NCBI GenBank assembly: GCA_963841015.1
Contig: CAWJAX010000003.1
Span: 256,001 to 320,000 of the forward strand
Origin: an uncultured Methanoregulaceae archaeon
GTDB taxonomy: Archaea; Halobacteriota; Methanomicrobia; Methanomicrobiales; Methanospirillaceae
Reading direction: 5' to 3'
Length of the DNA stretch: 64,000 nucleotides
Shown: positions 32,172 to 42,808 of the stretch, in pieces
How the letters are laid out: each line of letters starts with the position of its first letter
Numbering within the stretch: the stretch's first letter is position 1
Translations under genes and position numbers: made by a program
The notes under the pieces: model-generated
Database searches by the model: none
What the model saw: only the letters and a program-made list of their open reading frames with translations
What the model was told of the DNA's origin: nothing

Positions 32172-32366
32172 GAATCACATCCGGAATATAAACAATAATT
32201 TTACACATCTATTATGTAAGTATCGATATATAGGCTTCTTTATTGTTAGGCGATTGACAAAAGATTTATATATTTAACTTTATTAATTTCTTCGGTGACT
32301 TTGTCAGGATATATAAAGAATATTCAATAGAAATTACCAATTGCTAAAGCAGATGGTATAAAAAAA

Positions 32367-32930
32367 TTATGAGATCAAACCGAGGCTGCGGAGATCTGAC
32401 AGGATCTTGACAACAGCTTTTTTGGCGTCATCAGGTTCCTTACCGCCAGTGATAATCAATTTGCCAGACCCGAAAAGAAGAACCACCACTTTAGGGACGT
32501 CAAGGCGGTAAACAAGTCCGGGGAATTGTTCCGGTTCATATTCGATCTTATCAAGGTTGAATCCGACAGCAATCTTATTCAGGTTAATAGGTGTTGCGAG
32601 ATCGGCAGACGTTACAATATTCTGGATCTTGTATTCAAGTTTCTTGGGGATATCAATGCCAAGTTCCCGCAGCTTATCTCCCAGAATATTCAGACCTTTG
32701 CTTAAGCTGCTGACGCTCTTTGCACCAGTGAGCACCACTTTACCTGAACCAAATACAAGCGCTGCGATCTTGGGATCCTGCATACGGAGAACAACGCCGG
32801 GGAACCGCTTTTTGTTATATTCGGCGCCATCAATCTTCGATGCAAGCATGGGTAGATCCAGATAATCAGTCACCTTGGCTGATGCGACAATGTTTTCGAT
32901 CTTGAGGGAATCTTCCGGCCTGACCTTCAT
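32367..32930 (-). CDS. tbp: TATA-box binding protein
   Basis: IENIVAS, FPGVVLR, FGSGKVVLTG, YEPEQFPGLVYR; TTTAAATA lies 23-30 nt upstream of the ATG at 32930, suggesting a leaderless transcript. Confidence 0.97.
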   Translation of the reverse strand: MKVRPEDSLKIENIVASAKVTDYLDLPMLASKIDGAEYNKKRFPGVVLRMQDPKIAALVFGSGKVVLTGAKSVSSLSKGLNILGDKLRELGIDIPKKLEYKIQNIVTSADLATPINLNKIAVGFNLDKIEYEPEQFPGLVYRLDVPKVVVLLFGSGKLIITGGKEPDDAKKAVVKILSDLRSLGLIS

Positions 32931-33383
32931 ATTTATAAATGCCACAAAACAGTATTTAAAAAGTTGGGTTAGTTTTTCTTTGTTCAATACATATTCCAGG
33001 AATCCCCTGATCAGTTCCCCGTATTCATACGCGGTAAACCGGGTTCATCTTTTTCCGACGCCGTTTTTCGGCTCTATTGTACAAACCGGTCCTGAAGATC
33101 ATGGCAGTCGGATAGAGAGGGAATCTTCCCGGAGAGGGAAATTCATTGATCGGCATATCACTGTGCGAATGACTGATACAAAAAAGGCAGATAGAGCGAT
33201 GATACTGCCTTTTGCTAAAATCAGGTCTCCCGGATTGCTTCCCCGATAAGCGCCGGAGGAGAAACGCAGCGCGCTTTCATTGTTGCTGTTCCGGTCAATT
33301 GTCCGGCGACGCTGTAATTGGATTGCCCGTGCACAAAAGAGCATACCCACACGTGCAGATAGTGTTCAATTTACTGGAATTTT

Positions 33384-33675
33384 AGCTCCGGAATTCCTTT
33401 TACTTTTATATGAAATTCAGTATGCTGGTACGATGACAGAGGAGACAGGCCTGTTCCCCCATACCGACCCTGCGCTGAGCGATGATGACGTAGTACCTGT
33501 TCGGGGGTTATCGCATCTGGGAAGCCCCCGCGGCGGATCAGGAACAACCAATTCAAAAAAAATCCTGCCCTTCGTGCCTCTCAAGAGGCCCTGAGGCGGG
33601 GTTCCATCGTATACATTATGATTTTCATGGTTCTCCGAGTGAAACACAATAGATTCATGCCCGTTTCTCCAGAAT
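33384..33675 (-). mobile_element. Composite MITE-like element (part of module A fused to module B) with eroded TIRs
   Basis: 33384-33536 matches the reverse complement of the 23623 element; 33537-33675 matches about 55350-55488; ends AGCTCCGGAATTCC and TTTCTCCAGAATC. Confidence 0.8.
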
Positions 33676-33938
33676 CGGAAAAAAATTACTATGATTTTGA
33701 TAAGACGCTGTGGACACCAGTTCAGGAACATATTTTAGCATCTGATGGAATGGAGTTCTGAACCAGATTGACGAAATTGAACCTACGCAATAATAAGAAA
33801 TGCTTTGCATCGCTGCCTTGCCAGACTATATCAGGTATCTGGACAGGTAATCCATCAAGGAAGATCCGGGTTCGGTAAAACCTTTAACCCCCTTTCATCG
33901 AATCTTCTGCTCACAACAGGTATCATGGTCGAAACATC

Positions 33939-34196
33939 ATGAAGATGAAAACACAGTATTTCATAATACCCGGGCATGTCACTTTAGATTCAACGTTTCT
34001 GATACGATTTAACGGCCAATATTCGTATTGGGGTAGCAGGTCTAAAAAATGGATTCAGGATCCAACCCTCATTAAACAATCCTGGATCGAGGATTATTTT
34101 ACCCCTGTGTCCGAAAGGGATGCAAAAAAAATTATCCGGGAAGGAGTACCCCTGTCAGATTATCAACGTAAGAATCCCAAACTGACGATACAATAA
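33939..34196 (+). CDS. Hypothetical protein, 85 aa
   Basis: Isolated ORF with globular composition and a CTTTAA TATA-like element upstream; no family recognised. Confidence 0.5.
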   Translation: MKMKTQYFIIPGHVTLDSTFLIRFNGQYSYWGSRSKKWIQDPTLIKQSWIEDYFTPVSERDAKKIIREGVPLSDYQRKNPKLTIQ

Positions 34197-34671
34197 TTTA
34201 CCAGAAGAGACATTTTACCGGCGAATTCAGATTTGGAACCTTTAGCAATTACAGGATGCTGCTTTGGGCATCCTTATCTGATCTCCCTATTCGCGCTCAT
34301 CTGGCAGATCGCATGAGGGATAAACCCTCGGGCAAAGAAGCACAACCGGGAAAACGATTAATCGTGTACTGATCTAATTCCCCTGCGTTCCGGAACGGGA
34401 AAACGTGAGCCAGGAGGAAGGGGAAAAAATGATACGATTTTTTGGGTGGTTTTAATCATGCTCCTTGTGCTGGTAGTAATCGGGGGGTGAATATTTACGG
34501 GGGAAATTTCCAACTGGATGAGGAGTGGAATAATCCAATATTCATCAATAAATCTTTTCAGAAAGGTATTAATCCACAATAAGCAGGAAAATTCACGGGT
34601 GGCCTTGTACTTATCTTACCATCTGTTCGAACAGGATGTAATAAAACACAGAATATAAGTATGGTCCGTAT

Positions 34672-34983
34672 TTAGTCGTATTGTCTCCACGTGTGATCGC
34701 ACTTGGTGCAACGAAAGAACCGGACCTCGCTTTCATCAGCCGCACGGAGCTGGCGGAGCCACCATATGGCCAGGTTGTTTGCACACTTGGGGCACTTGAT
34801 CTGGATAGTGGGCATGGTCTTTGCCTGTCCGTCCTCCTCCACAATAACGATCTCATTCTCACTGCGCTCGACCCTGCGCTTCATCTGATCGTTGTCATCA
34901 ACCTTCCGGATATAACCGCATTTCCGGCATTTCAACTGGCCCCCCGACGAAACTAACATACTTTTGCATTCAGGACAGAACAT
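34672..34983 (-). CDS. tfs: Transcription factor S
   Basis: MFCPEC..CRKC; CPKC..QLRAADE..FFRCTKC..WR. Confidence 0.95.
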   Translation of the reverse strand: MFCPECKSMLVSSGGQLKCRKCGYIRKVDDNDQMKRRVERSENEIVIVEEDGQAKTMPTIQIKCPKCANNLAIWWLRQLRAADESEVRFFRCTKCDHTWRQYD

Positions 34984-35152
34984 CGGTATAGCATGCGCAA
35001 GCATAGGTGATTAACCCTTTTATCGGGGAAAAACGCATATCCGGCAAAATTCTCCCCAATAGCTTGAAACCTTGCTCTTCAAAGCACAAACAGACTTCAG
35101 ACTGCGTGCTTCTTCAGATTCCTTTTTTTGGTATCGGGTGAATAATTCTATA

Positions 35153-35962
35153 ATGATCGAGTATCTGGTGCTGATCTCCTGTATCGGATTTCTTGCATTC
35201 CTCATACCTGGTCGCCATCGGAAATATGCAGCAATTATCGGGTGGACATTTATTGTTCTCTCCCTGTTCTATGAACTGCCGTATTACCTTTCTTTGAATA
35301 ATTTCCTGTATCCCGTCATGGCAGTCCTCTCAGTGCCGTTCCTTATCATTACGGCAGGATATCTCCTTGCCGGGGATGAACGGGTGATGGCCCTATCCCG
35401 TGCAGCAGCTGTCGCATTCCTGATCTATGCCCCGTTCGAATATATCCCCGCCCTGGGTGACTGGCTCATAGGAATTGTCGTGGGGCAGGTTGTCTGGATC
35501 CTCGATGCCCTCAATTACCCGGTTACTCTTACAGAATGGAATATCATTGCAAGAAACACATTCCGGGTTGAGATTATCCTTGCCTGTACCGGTATCCAGA
35601 GCATCGCAATCATGCTGGGTGTCGCAGCATCAGTACCGACAACGTTCCGTCAGAAAGTATATGCCTTCCTCATTATTGTTCCGACCATCTATTTCCTGAA
35701 CCTGCTGCGGAACGCTTTTGTCATTATCGCTTATACCGAACAATGGTTTCCGTATTACCCGGAAATTGCCAGCAACGGCGAGTTCGGATACGAAAGTTTT
35801 TTCTGGGCACACAATGTAATCGCAGAACTTCTTGCGCTGGTGTGTCTCGTTTTCATTGCATACGGACTTTTTACCATTATACCAAAACTGGGTGTTTTTG
35901 CCGACGACCTTTACCAGCTTTATTCCGGTGAGATCAGGAAAGCGTTCGGTAAAGGTAAATAA
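35153..35962 (+). CDS. artA: Archaeosortase A
   Basis: Multi-TM; IILACTGIQS (catalytic Cys), NLLRN, SFFWAHN. Confidence 0.92.
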   Translation: MIEYLVLISCIGFLAFLIPGRHRKYAAIIGWTFIVLSLFYELPYYLSLNNFLYPVMAVLSVPFLIITAGYLLAGDERVMALSRAAAVAFLIYAPFEYIPALGDWLIGIVVGQVVWILDALNYPVTLTEWNIIARNTFRVEIILACTGIQSIAIMLGVAASVPTTFRQKVYAFLIIVPTIYFLNLLRNAFVIIAYTEQWFPYYPEIASNGEFGYESFFWAHNVIAELLALVCLVFIAYGLFTIIPKLGVFADDLYQLYSGEIRKAFGKGK

Positions 35963-36566
35963 TCCTCTGGACCGCAGAAAGGTTCGTACCTATGGCAATA
36001 ATGATAACCGATACCCAGATATATCCTGAAATACCCCCAAGAATCAGCACAAGGAACGTTTCAGGTCTGCCAAAAAATCCTACACCTTCAAGCGGATCAT
36101 CAATTTTGCCTTCCACTTTTTCCCGGTATCCAATCTCGGCATAGACCACCGGTTTTATGAACGTGTTCATCAGCGATCCGATGATTGCAAATGCTACGAT
36201 GGCAAAATCCGCATATGGGGGTACCGCGATGAACTGACTGACTATCGCTATACCGGACAGTCCAACACCAAGCAACACGAGCGCATCGACGTATTTATCG
36301 ACAATCCAGTCAAAAACCGCCCCGAAATTAGAATGTGAATTGGTCTTCCGGGCTACACTTCCGTCAACAAGGTCAAAAACCGCAGACAGGAACAGTGCCA
36401 GGCTTCCCCAGATAAACCGGCCCTGGAAAAAGAGATAAGCGCAGGCAATTCCCGCCAGCAGGGCGAGCAATGATATCTGGTTGGGAGTGATTCCAAGCCT
36501 TACAAAAACATCTGCCACCGGCTCAAGATACCGTATAAACCTTGGGCGGAGTGCAGTAATGTTCAT
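35934..36566 (-). CDS. CDP-alcohol phosphatidyltransferase
   Basis: TPNQIS; DLVDGSVAR..GAVFDWIVD. Confidence 0.92.
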   Translation of the reverse strand: MNITALRPRFIRYLEPVADVFVRLGITPNQISLLALLAGIACAYLFFQGRFIWGSLALFLSAVFDLVDGSVARKTNSHSNFGAVFDWIVDKYVDALVLLGVGLSGIAIVSQFIAVPPYADFAIVAFAIIGSLMNTFIKPVVYAEIGYREKVEGKIDDPLEGVGFFGRPETFLVLILGGISGYIWVSVIIIAIGTNLSAVQRIIYLYRTLS

Positions 36567-36731
36567 AACTTAACTGATGAGTATGAAAGCCATTAATAGT
36601 TGCTGTCTCACGTCAACTGACACCCCTTTTAAGAATACAACGTTGAATGGTAAATTCCCGGTTACCCTCATCGCCACTATCGTCAGCTTCTTTATATCAC
36701 CCAACCAATGTAACCTTAGGCAGGAATAGCG

Positions 36732-37418
36732 ATGACTGATAAGAAGGACCGTCCGCATGTGCTGATGATGTCGGAGATCACCGCAGATGGGAAACTTACC
36801 CTCAAGAAAGGAGCATCCTCAAAAATCCTGATGAAATACATGGCGCACGAGACCGAGATCCTGCTTCACACAACCCGGGCTGAATATGATGCGATTATGG
36901 TCGGTGCCAACACTATCCGGATCGACAATTCATTTCTCACTGTCAGGTTGGTATCGGGTAAGAGCCCGTTGCGGGTGATCCCGTGCAGCATGGCTGACCT
37001 TCCGCTTGATTCGAATGTACTGGGTCCTGATGCCCCTACTGCGATCGCGGTTTGTGAGGCAGCAGAAAAAGAGCGGGTTGAGGCAATCAGGAAGAAAGGG
37101 GTTCATATTATTGTAGCCGGAAAAACCCATGTCGAGCTTCCCCTTCTCTTAAAAATCCTCAAACATAAATTCGGGGTGAACAAGCTGATGATTGAAGGGG
37201 GACCAACCCTGAACTGGCACATGCTCCACGACAGACTTGTGGATGAGATACGTCTTATCCACCTGCCATTCATAGTAGGAGGATCCGACACTCCATCCCT
37301 GGTTGGGGGTATGCATATCAATACCGAAGATGAGATGATCCGTCTGGACCTGAAGAAATATTATATGTGCGGAAGCAATCTCGTCTCAGAATTTGACATT
37401 CTTTATCCCAAGGGGTAA
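36732..37418 (+). CDS. RibD C-terminal reductase family protein
   Basis: DGKL, RAEYDAIMVGANT, LMIEGGPTL, LVDEI. Confidence 0.85.
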   Translation: MTDKKDRPHVLMMSEITADGKLTLKKGASSKILMKYMAHETEILLHTTRAEYDAIMVGANTIRIDNSFLTVRLVSGKSPLRVIPCSMADLPLDSNVLGPDAPTAIAVCEAAEKERVEAIRKKGVHIIVAGKTHVELPLLLKILKHKFGVNKLMIEGGPTLNWHMLHDRLVDEIRLIHLPFIVGGSDTPSLVGGMHINTEDEMIRLDLKKYYMCGSNLVSEFDILYPKG

Positions 37419-37420
37419 CC

Positions 37421-38347
37421 ATGGAGGGTACTATTCCGTCTGATGATGGAACTACAGGCAGCTCCAGTCTTTCTGAGGGTGTGACGGAGGTCAGTACCAT
37501 TCCTTCAGAGAGTATAACGAGAGTCAGTACCCTTTCTTCTGAGGGTGTAACCAGGGACAGTAACCTACCCTCAAAGGGGACCATTCATCCAAAACCCGGG
37601 TCCGATAAGAAATGGTTTTTCATCATTCTGGTCGGCCTCTTTGTTGTCTTCGGCTTAATCGTAGCTGCATATTACTTCTCCCACGATGAGCATATGGGTG
37701 TCACGGTTATACGAATGGAAGGAACTATGGTAACCGGCCAGGCATCTGATGCTGATACCATCGGCAGCGAAGTGATTGGCAGGGAGCTGCGCAATGCTGC
37801 TGATGATCCGATGGTTGAAGCGATTGTGTTACGGGTAAACAGCCCCGGGGGAACACCAGCTGCAGCACAGGAAATTATCCGCGATCTCGATTATGCGAAA
37901 TCAAAAAAGCCGGTTGTCGTTTCAATGGGGGATATGGGAACATCTGCAGCATATTATGTGAGTGCTCATGCAGACAGGATTTACGCAAATCCTGATACGT
38001 TCACTGCCGGAATAGGAGTGATCTGGAAATTTTCCGATATCAGCCGCTGGATGGAAAAGGAAGGATTTAACATCAGCGTCGTCAAATCGGGCAGCAAAAA
38101 AGACATGGGAACGACATCACGCCCAATCTCCGATGAAGAACAACAATATGCACAAAAAATTGTGAACGATAGTTTTGAGAACTTCATCACCGATGTGATC
38201 ACCCATAGACCTATCACCCGATCAGATATTGATGACGGGAGAATTATCCGGGGTGCAGACGCAATAAAGTTAAACATCGTTGATGAAATTGGTAACCTGA
38301 ACGACGCGATCAGTGGTGCAAAAGCCTTGGCCGCATCACGGCATTAA
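37421..38347 (+). CDS. sppA: Signal peptide peptidase SppA (S49) with N-terminal repeats
   Basis: LRVNSPGG, SMGDMGTSAAYY, GIGVI, KSGSKKD. Confidence 0.92.
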   Translation: MEGTIPSDDGTTGSSSLSEGVTEVSTIPSESITRVSTLSSEGVTRDSNLPSKGTIHPKPGSDKKWFFIILVGLFVVFGLIVAAYYFSHDEHMGVTVIRMEGTMVTGQASDADTIGSEVIGRELRNAADDPMVEAIVLRVNSPGGTPAAAQEIIRDLDYAKSKKPVVVSMGDMGTSAAYYVSAHADRIYANPDTFTAGIGVIWKFSDISRWMEKEGFNISVVKSGSKKDMGTTSRPISDEEQQYAQKIVNDSFENFITDVITHRPITRSDIDDGRIIRGADAIKLNIVDEIGNLNDAISGAKALAASRH

Positions 38348-39618
38348 ATCATCTGGACCGGGTCTGCCTTCATGAACTCACGACATACTGTCGTTGCGTA
38401 ATGGCCGGGGGGTAATGAAAATTTCAGCCGGACATCGTTTTTGTCAAGGTATAATTCTATAGTGGTTTTTAACGCGATGGGGCGCCATGCACCATCGAAT
38501 TTTGTATTGACAAATACCGATGCTTTTTTAAAATCTTCTGCGGTAATGGCATATTTTTCGAGAAGTGCCGCGATTGCCAGATCCCCCTCGCTCTTTACTT
38601 CGAAAGGATCTCTTCCGGGCATGAACAGGGCAATAGTGCACCGCCCGCGCCGGATATGGATGGAGACGGCATTGCTGTTGGTCGAAGTGACACGGTCCGT
38701 CCGCCCATTGGCAAAGATGAGGTGGTCGCCTGCAAGTGGTTCTGAGAGGGTGTTGCCATCATCAAACCGCTGGCTCAGGGCAGAGTTGAAAAGGTACGAC
38801 TGGAATGCAGAGACAAACATTGACAGGAGTTTTGGCGGCAGCTCAAGAAGCGCCCCGGAATAATCATTTGGGTGCATGAACAGGTAATGGAGCATCGCCC
38901 GTTCATAGGACATCTGCTTTGGGAGGTCGTGGAGTGCAGCCGGGATATCATGGGAAGAGAGAAAAGCTGAACGGACAGCCCTGACATTTTCAGGTTCTCC
39001 GGAAAATTCCCTGCCAATATAGGTCATCACGGCCTGTTCAAAATCGCCCCGAAGGATACATTCCCCTACGAGGTGTGTTACCGGACGGGTTGCACCGAAA
39101 CGCTGGATCCCGAAATAATTCGGAATTCCTTGTGCTGCTGTCTCACTGGTCAGGCGGACCCGGGCTTCCAGGTTATCCGGCAGGCAGTCCCGTATGGCTA
39201 TGGAAAACCGGTTTCCCATTAGATCACCTAAAGAGAGTGCTTCGTTTGCCTGACCTACCGGTTCGAGGGTAATATCTTTAAGCCTGACTTCAGAGACCTG
39301 CTCTGGTGTCACCTTGTAGAGGGAGATCAACTGCCGGGTGATAGCGTTGCGATCTTTGGTGCCCGCCCACCCAATCCGCCGGTGACTGATGGCGAGACGT
39401 TTTGCAATTTCTTTGATTGCATGCTGGAGCTCCCAGTTTGTTTTGGTAAGTCTGCAGATAAGATAGGGACCGGTTGTTCCGCCTTTTTTTGGTAACGGTA
39501 TTTCTTCGACGATAAAATCTTCAGCAGTTGCGCGGAGTTTGCCCCCGATACCTTCGGCATCGCTCGCGTAATACTTCATGCCAAGCAGAAGTTCAAGGGG
39601 GAACGTGCTCTGTTTCAT
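38344..39618 (-). CDS. truD: tRNA pseudouridine(13) synthase
   Basis: EDFIVEE, AGTKDRNAITRQ, NYFGIQRFG, FSLPPGHYAT. Confidence 0.95.
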   Translation of the reverse strand: MKQSTFPLELLLGMKYYASDAEGIGGKLRATAEDFIVEEIPLPKKGGTTGPYLICRLTKTNWELQHAIKEIAKRLAISHRRIGWAGTKDRNAITRQLISLYKVTPEQVSEVRLKDITLEPVGQANEALSLGDLMGNRFSIAIRDCLPDNLEARVRLTSETAAQGIPNYFGIQRFGATRPVTHLVGECILRGDFEQAVMTYIGREFSGEPENVRAVRSAFLSSHDIPAALHDLPKQMSYERAMLHYLFMHPNDYSGALLELPPKLLSMFVSAFQSYLFNSALSQRFDDGNTLSEPLAGDHLIFANGRTDRVTSTNSNAVSIHIRRGRCTIALFMPGRDPFEVKSEGDLAIAALLEKYAITAEDFKKASVFVNTKFDGAWRPIALKTTIELYLDKNDVRLKFSLPPGHYATTVCREFMKADPVQMI

Positions 39619-40004
39619 AGCAGGGTGAGCATGCCGGTGATTTTATCGAGATCTTCTGTCCTGGCCGGTCCAAGTCCGAGGGCCGTGATTGTGCCTGGGG
39701 GTATTTCGGTCATACCAGCATCCTGAATCAGGGACGAAGAGACTCCGGCCCTTTCTGCAATCACCTTGAGTTCGTACAGTGTTCTCTCGTCATTTGCCTT
39801 GAGCACCACTTTCTTCTGCCCTTCCGAAAGCCACGCTTTCTGGAGGGTCTTGTCTGCATTGTTATATGCACCGATCGATGCATGCGCCGCCTGGGCACAC
39901 CGCTTGCCGCAGCTCATCTTCACGTCATTTCTGATGATAAGGCACTGTTTGTAACGAAAATCTGTTACGTGCCTGAGTATTTCACTTTGGGGAGTTTTTG
40001 GCAT
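39615..40004 (-). CDS. pth2: Peptidyl-tRNA hydrolase Pth2
   Basis: KQCLIIR, AQAAHAS, GQKKVVLK, IQDAGMTEI..GLGP. Confidence 0.95.
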   Translation of the reverse strand: MPKTPQSEILRHVTDFRYKQCLIIRNDVKMSCGKRCAQAAHASIGAYNNADKTLQKAWLSEGQKKVVLKANDERTLYELKVIAERAGVSSSLIQDAGMTEIPPGTITALGLGPARTEDLDKITGMLTLL

Positions 40005-40401
40005 GCCAGAATCTCTTTGGTTTATTGTCCGATTAACCTTATCTTTTAAAAAGTGTATACACTATTTGATATGACTTTGAAAGGAACAACAGCTAAACAT
40101 CCGAATTGCACCAGCACAAAGCACCCGACAGGTACAGGTCCGAAAATGAAGCGATTGTACAAAAGGGATAATCGGAAGTTCAAACCCTGCGCCTGGATCT
40201 GTCCAGATTGCATGAGGGTTAAGGTTGATTGATCAGAGTATCAGTCTAGCCCTCCTGACACCTTCGATCCTGAGTCAGGGCAGAAATGCAGGATCAGAAT
40301 CTGCCCTGTTAGTAAACCCCGGGGCATATTTTTTTTGGGGGGATAAAAAGAACAACACGGTTATCCGGGCAATCCTGCTGATGGGAGAAAATCAGGAAAA
40401 A

Positions 40402-41865
40402 TTAAGGAAAATTTCCTTCCTCCTTGACCTTCATGGTCAGGTCAAGAGCACCGTATCCTCCGGTGAATTCAAACGAATAGTTACCACATTCCCTGATTAC
40501 CAGTTGTTTTGGCGTCAGGAAGGAATACGTTCTGCCAATACCATCCTCTGAAACAACTTCTCCGGTATCTTTATTCCTGACAATAATCTCAAACCAGGAA
40601 TCCTCGTAAGGACGGTTGATTTCGAGGTTTTCTTCGTAATAGATATCAAGTATCTTGTATTCCATGTATTTTACGTCAATCAGGTTGTTGGGCGTGACAT
40701 TGTAATCAATCACGAGGGGAGGATTACGAAGGGTGAAGGAGACAAGGGGTAAAACCTGGGATACATTCTGATTCGTCAGCGAGTAAATAGTGACATATCC
40801 CTCTCCATATTTCTGAGCGATTGAAGGTTGCAGAAATTCACGCCTTACCAAATCCGGCGATGCTTTCGGTTCAATCGTAACGTAAGGCGAGATTATTTCT
40901 GAAACGGGAGGTCTTCTTGTATCTGTTATAACAAGAGGGGTATCAGGAAGTGCTGCTGCAAAGTTGCCCGGCGGAACATTTGATGGGATCTGATTATTCA
41001 TGCTTCCTGTTTTTGGAAGTCCCGCTGCACTTGTTACACCAAGAGAAGCATCAGGAAGTGCTGCTGCAGAATTGCCCGGAGGAACATTTGCCGGGATCTG
41101 ATTATTCATGCTTCCCATTATCGGGAGACCGGAATTGGGGGATACAACAATCGGAGCCGAAGCGGAGATCTGGTTAGTATCACTCATGCCCGGGAGGGAA
41201 TCCTGTGCATACAGCGTTGAGGTTATGGACATTAAAATCGGGCAAATTATGATCAAAATAAGAAATATAACCCCGAATGTGAGAGTATTGAATTCTTTTT
41301 CGTGGGGGTTGGATGTTCCGGAGCCTGAAGGTAAAACGTCATAGACTTTTGTTATTGTGCCGGAAGGAGAAGTTGGCGATAATTCATTGATCTTTTCAGT
41401 TGAAGGAATCCATGTGACCTCTTTTGTGACCGTACTTTTTATTGCAACAGGAACGTAACCAGGTATCGGGGGCTTCATCTCATCAATCCATGACGAGGCC
41501 TGTTCGTGTTCCGCATTCTGTTTGAGTATCCTCAACCATTTGAGTATCCTCAACCATGCATCCCGCTCTTTCATCCGCATCCCGGGAGTCTGGGACGAGA
41601 AGGTAAGAATCATCTCCAGAGTTTCGCTGGTGCCTGCCTGAAGAGTCAGTCGTATGATCTGGTCACCTATTGCATCCTCAGCAGCCTCAATATTCCTGAG
41701 CATGAGTAAGGGAATCTCTATTCGCGGCTGGAGATTCACGGTTTTATCAGTCAAAATAATTCTTTTATTGGTAAGTATACCTTCGACAAAGGTTATCGAG
41801 TTAAAAAAAATACCCTGAGTGCGCAGGAGGATGTGTTCATCACTATACAGTTCTGGATCGCCCAT
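40402..41865 (-). CDS. Membrane-spanning hypothetical protein: PH-like N-terminal domain, TM, Pro-rich repeats, extracellular domain
   Basis: EGILTNKRIIL PH/GRAM-like motif; central TM; 36-aa duplication. Confidence 0.75.
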   Translation of the reverse strand: MGDPELYSDEHILLRTQGIFFNSITFVEGILTNKRIILTDKTVNLQPRIEIPLLMLRNIEAAEDAIGDQIIRLTLQAGTSETLEMILTFSSQTPGMRMKERDAWLRILKWLRILKQNAEHEQASSWIDEMKPPIPGYVPVAIKSTVTKEVTWIPSTEKINELSPTSPSGTITKVYDVLPSGSGTSNPHEKEFNTLTFGVIFLILIIICPILMSITSTLYAQDSLPGMSDTNQISASAPIVVSPNSGLPIMGSMNNQIPANVPPGNSAAALPDASLGVTSAAGLPKTGSMNNQIPSNVPPGNFAAALPDTPLVITDTRRPPVSEIISPYVTIEPKASPDLVRREFLQPSIAQKYGEGYVTIYSLTNQNVSQVLPLVSFTLRNPPLVIDYNVTPNNLIDVKYMEYKILDIYYEENLEINRPYEDSWFEIIVRNKDTGEVVSEDGIGRTYSFLTPKQLVIRECGNYSFEFTGGYGALDLTMKVKEEGNFP

Positions 41866-42225
41866 GCTACGCTCTATTGAGTAAATTACCCAAAAAAACT
41901 TTCTGTTCTGATAAATAACCACGGAAATAACCGGATTATCTAGCAATCAGGGTACCGGAAAACCATTGGCTCTGAATTTCTTTTGTGCATATATTAAATA
42001 ATTTGATATGCAGGTCTGTAACTCTTCAAAATGCCATTTACGGCACGATGAGTTCTCCAAAAGAGTGCTCTTTAATTCTCAATAAAAGGAGAGAAGGGAT
42101 TGATTGTCCACGAGCAGATCTCCGGTTCTGCCGGAAATTTACCTTCACGAAAATTGGTGTTGTCTGACGTTGAGCTGCGCTCCGACCGACTTATTTCCTA
42201 TGGAGAAAGGAGATCACAGGGTTAT

Positions 42226-42245
42226 ATATTCTTAAATTAGAATAT
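42226..42245. promoter_or_regulatory. Candidate PadR operator
   Basis: ATATTCT-taaatt-AGAATAT inverted repeat overlapping the TATA region just before the padR ATG. Confidence 0.5.
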
Positions 42246-42252
42246 TTTAATT

Positions 42253-42808
42253 ATGGAATATTCAGATCCGGGAATTAACGAACGTGAAGCAGTGTATCCT
42301 CGGGTTACTCTGTGAAAAACCGCTCTATGGATACACCATTGAAAAGATTATCGAGGAGCGGGGGATGCGGCACTGGACGGAGATCGGGTTTTCATCCATT
42401 TATTATGTGCTGAAGCGTCTTGAGAGCCGGAACCTGGTTGTAAGCTCCTGCCGGCAGCAGGAAAATAAACCGTCAAGGAAAGTGTTTACTATCACGATTG
42501 AGGGGGAGCACCAGATGAAAGAGAAAGTCAGAGCCCTGCTCTCAAAGAATCAGCGGATTGTTTCACCATTCGATCTGGGTATAGCACATCTCGGGCTCCT
42601 GTCAGCTTCAGAAACGATCGCGTGCCTGAATGAGCGCATTAAAGCACTTGATGCAGCCATTGAACATGTCAACACTCATCGCATTCAGCATGAGAAGATG
42701 AAAAAACCCTATTTTCTCCTGGCACTTTCCGACCGTGCACTCGCACATCTATGCACGGAAAAGATCTGGGTAGAGAAATTCATTGCCGAGGTGAAACAGC
42801 ATGTCTGA
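42253..42808 (+). CDS. PadR-family regulator; frameshift near 42295
   Basis: ILGLL..YGY..IGFSSIYYVLKRLE..RKVFTITIEG; upstream ATG gives MEYSDPGINEREAV. Confidence 0.9.
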
